Assembly: GCA_002633005.1 (NCBI GenBank) | Contig: NMRA01000341.1 | Coordinates: forward strand, 2,001 to 66,000 | Direction: 5' to 3' | Length of the DNA: 64,000 nt | Source: Phoronis australis | Taxonomy: Eukaryota > Animalia > Phoronida | Shown here: positions 61,305-64,000 of the stretch, piece by piece | Position numbering within the stretch: position 1 is the first letter of the stretch | Layout of the letters: each line of letters opens with the position of its first letter | The notes under the pieces: model-generated | Told to the model about the DNA's origin: nothing | The model's database searches: none | What the model saw: only the letters and a program-made list of their open reading frames with translations | Position numbers and translations under genes: made by a program

Positions 61305-62004
61305 TTATACCACAAACTGAACGAGAAACATTGCAATGAATCGATCTACCTTTCTCGACTCGCCTCGGCTCTGTAACTACTTTCTATGTCAGAGGCCCGG
61401 GGTCAGAGGTCGTGACCTTTTAAGAAAAGCCGAGCTATTTTTATCAAATAATGCTTATACTCAAAACCAATTGAAAAATTTAAACAAAATAGAAATAAAG
61501 TGAATCTAAAAATTAAGGTTTAGCAACTATTATAGCTTACTACACATTTTATCACGCTAAGCTTCGACCGGGAAAATATCTTCTGCTAAAGTAGGTTACC
61601 AATAGTAACTGAGTATAATGCTCAAGTCAAAGGATCCCGACGACACGATATCAAATTGGAGATCGGTGATTTACAAGTGAGAGAACACGAGAGAAAAATT
61701 TCATTGAGTTAAAATATTGTTTTTATGGAAATTATGCGTTCTATTTTTCATAGCGTATAAATGTCGGTGCAATGCCCTTTGCTGAACATGCGATTGTTGC
61801 GCGTGCTCATTTAAGTATTCTATTTTCACGTTCGATGACGTCAGCCGCTGAGTGGTGTAGTGGTAAAGTCGGCAACTCGAAACGCTTGAGGCCCGGGATC
61901 GAATCCGGCCTCGGTTTCCCGCCAAATGTTATCTCATTAGTGAGATAACTTTATGGGTTATTACACGGTTGTATCTGCCATTGGAGGCTAATATTGTGGT
62001 ATAA
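61305..62004. mobile_element. TIR-bounded non-autonomous element (ttataccaca...tgtggtataa); diverged partial second copy at 62080-62770
   Basis: 10-bp perfect inverted termini; the second copy shares the right-hand part and terminus. Confidence 0.6.
61847..61916 (+). pseudogene. tRNA-like sequence (pseudo-tRNA or SINE head)
   Basis: A box tggtgtagtgg, B box ggatcgaatcc, T arm ccggg/ccgg, acceptor-like gctgag/ctcggt; anticodon stem does not pair. Shorter copy at about 62624-62680. Confidence 0.65.
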
Positions 62005-62144
62005 CATCAGTTATTCTTTCAGATCAATGACAAATCAATTGTTAGTGCCGGTAGTCCCTACTTCACCAGAATCTATACATTAAGGTTTAGCAACTATTAT
62101 AGCTTACTACACATTTTATCACGCTAAGCTTCGACCGGGAAATT

Positions 62145-62345
62145 GACCTATCGCCAGGATTACGACGGACGGCTTAATTGACCAATCAGAACAAAGCATT
62201 CTTGGCACACCTTCGTCTGCGTTTCCAAGCCGCCATTATANCCACCAGGAACGTCGTTTAGCGATAGTGTATTTGCCTCTGACATCTCGTTCGAATGTCG
62301 GGTATCACGTGACTTTTCGCATAGGGGCGGAGCTTGCGATAGGTC
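62145..62345. mobile_element. MITE inserted into the second copy of the 61.3-62.0 kb element
   Basis: gacctatcgc ... gcgataggtc, flanked by aatt; the empty site is visible in copy 1 near 61575. Confidence 0.75.
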
Positions 62346-64000
62346 AATTATCGTCTGCTAAAGTAGGTTACCACTGGTAACTGAATATAATTCTCAAGTC
62401 AAAGATCCTGACGACACGATACCCGCATTCAAACTGGAGATCGGTGATTTACAAGTAAGAGGATATGAGAGAAAAATTTCACTGAATTAAGATATCATTT
62501 TTATGGAAATTATGTGTTTTATTTTTCGTTGCGTATAAGTACAGTACAATGCGGGTTGTTGAACATGGGATTATTGCGCGTGCTCATTTAAGTATTTTAT
62601 TTTCACTCTTGATGACGTCAGTCGCTGCATGGTGTAGTGGTAAAGTGGCAAGTCCAGATGGGTTCGACTCCGTCCTCGGTTTCCCGCCAAATCGTTATCT
62701 CACTAGTGAGATAACTTTATGGGTTATTACACAGTTGCATCTGCCATTTGACGCTAATATTGTGGTATAAAGTAATTTATTTACCGGTGTTGGAACATTT
62801 GGCGTTCTAGCGTGATTTTGCTGCTAAAGTTGTGGTGCGTACTTTTGCGTGAGCTTTTGACGATTGCGTCACCTGATCTTGCCCAGTTTTTTTCCCGATT
62901 ATTCTATCAACTGTTCTTCGCTGCCACGAGGTTGCGTACATGTCACAACAAATTATAGGAACTGATTTCATTTCGTTAAAAGCTTTTAGTATTTTAATAC
63001 CAGTAAATCGGGTAGATTCCAGAAATAACTAGAATGTGCTTGAATTGGTGAAAAGCTCTACAACATTGCATTCGTCTAGAAATACCCAAGCACGGGTTTG
63101 TGGCATTTAGTTGAAATTCAGTTGAAAGTTAGTTACAGCTGACTTGCACTGAGGAGAATCAGCAGTTACAGCGATAGTTAATTATTTAATCAACGAGTGT
63201 AACAGTTGCTGGAAGTTTTCATCACAAGTCAAGGCTTTGCAACACTGCCTGGAACATAAAACAAACATTACACTTTGCTTGAGTAGACTTCGTGAGCGTA
63301 CGGTGGAGATTAATGAAGAGATTAACTCCAACCAGTCTTCAATCTATCGTCGCACCGAAAGCTATTAGCACCGGTCGGTAACCACCTGCGTCCACCCACA
63401 CACGGGGAAAAACGTTAAAGAGAATGAAACGAATTAAAAGTACAGACAACCAATAACAGAAAAATGGGTGTGTGAACACGGAAGAGGAGCGCTGAAAACT
63501 CATAGATCGTGCCTCAAACTATACATTTCGTGGAAACACATCGTGGGCCTGTACAATTTTGAAAAAATAGCTGTAGGTGACTGTTTCAAGGTTAGGTCGA
63601 ATTAGTACGAATAAAATTTTAACGTGTTTGCCGACATGACACTTTTATTTTGGAACGAGAGAGAGGCTAACCAGTTACTAGCAACACCATCTGTTTACTG
63701 GTAATAAAACTAAACAATACTGAAACATCCTCCGAAAAAATAAAACTGAAAAACAGAAAACAAATAAAAACAGAACTGAACTAGATATAAGAAGTCTATA
63801 GCCAAGAACTAATAGTCCACACATGAAGTACACTAAGCCGCGACATAGTCCTTGGGTAGGATGGTGTGTTGTAGAGTCAATAGACGTTACAGCAAGGCAG
63901 GTTAGTGCAACAGAGAGAGCATCGCCCGATATAGTGGAGGGAGATTCATGGGACTTGCGGAGGTGCATAAACCTGCCTTGCTGTAACGTCTATTGACTCT

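Noticed and set aside
61847-61916. Functional tRNA gene
   Set aside because: Anticodon and D stems do not pair, no T4 terminator follows, and it is embedded in a repeat
62790-64000. Possible LINE ORF1 or LTR remnants at the right edge
   Set aside because: Only vague compositional hints; no motif or terminus that can be supported

Overview
Eukaryotic (invertebrate-like) draft-assembly DNA, not prokaryotic: AT-rich, with GT-AG introns, N gaps and unmerged haplotype overlaps. It holds two spliced genes in divergent orientation. (1) DPH1 (diphthamide synthesis, radical-SAM subunit) on the minus strand, with 10 coding exons between 20444 and 1283; the last exons lie beyond the left edge. (2) A 462-aa RDH11/12/13/14-type short-chain dehydrogenase on the plus strand, with 5 coding exons between 32467 and 59892 and an unusual ~145-aa acidic tail. 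Most ORFs in the supplied track are artefacts of tandem repeats, gaps or intron read-through. Introns and intergenic DNA contain many minisatellites, a dense Helentron/HINE-like family, decayed Gypsy, HERO-like and LINE remnants, Kolobok-like TTAA elements and MITEs. Best leads: a Penelope-like element with an intact minimal hammerhead ribozyme, nested in a 9-bp-TSD DNA element; a decayed, intron-containing YqaJ/lambda-exonuclease gene upstream of DPH1; signalling-type linear motifs in the SDR tail; and a tRNA-like Pol III cassette in a TIR-bounded repeat. I found no demonstrably new biological system; all calls come from reading by eye, without database searches.
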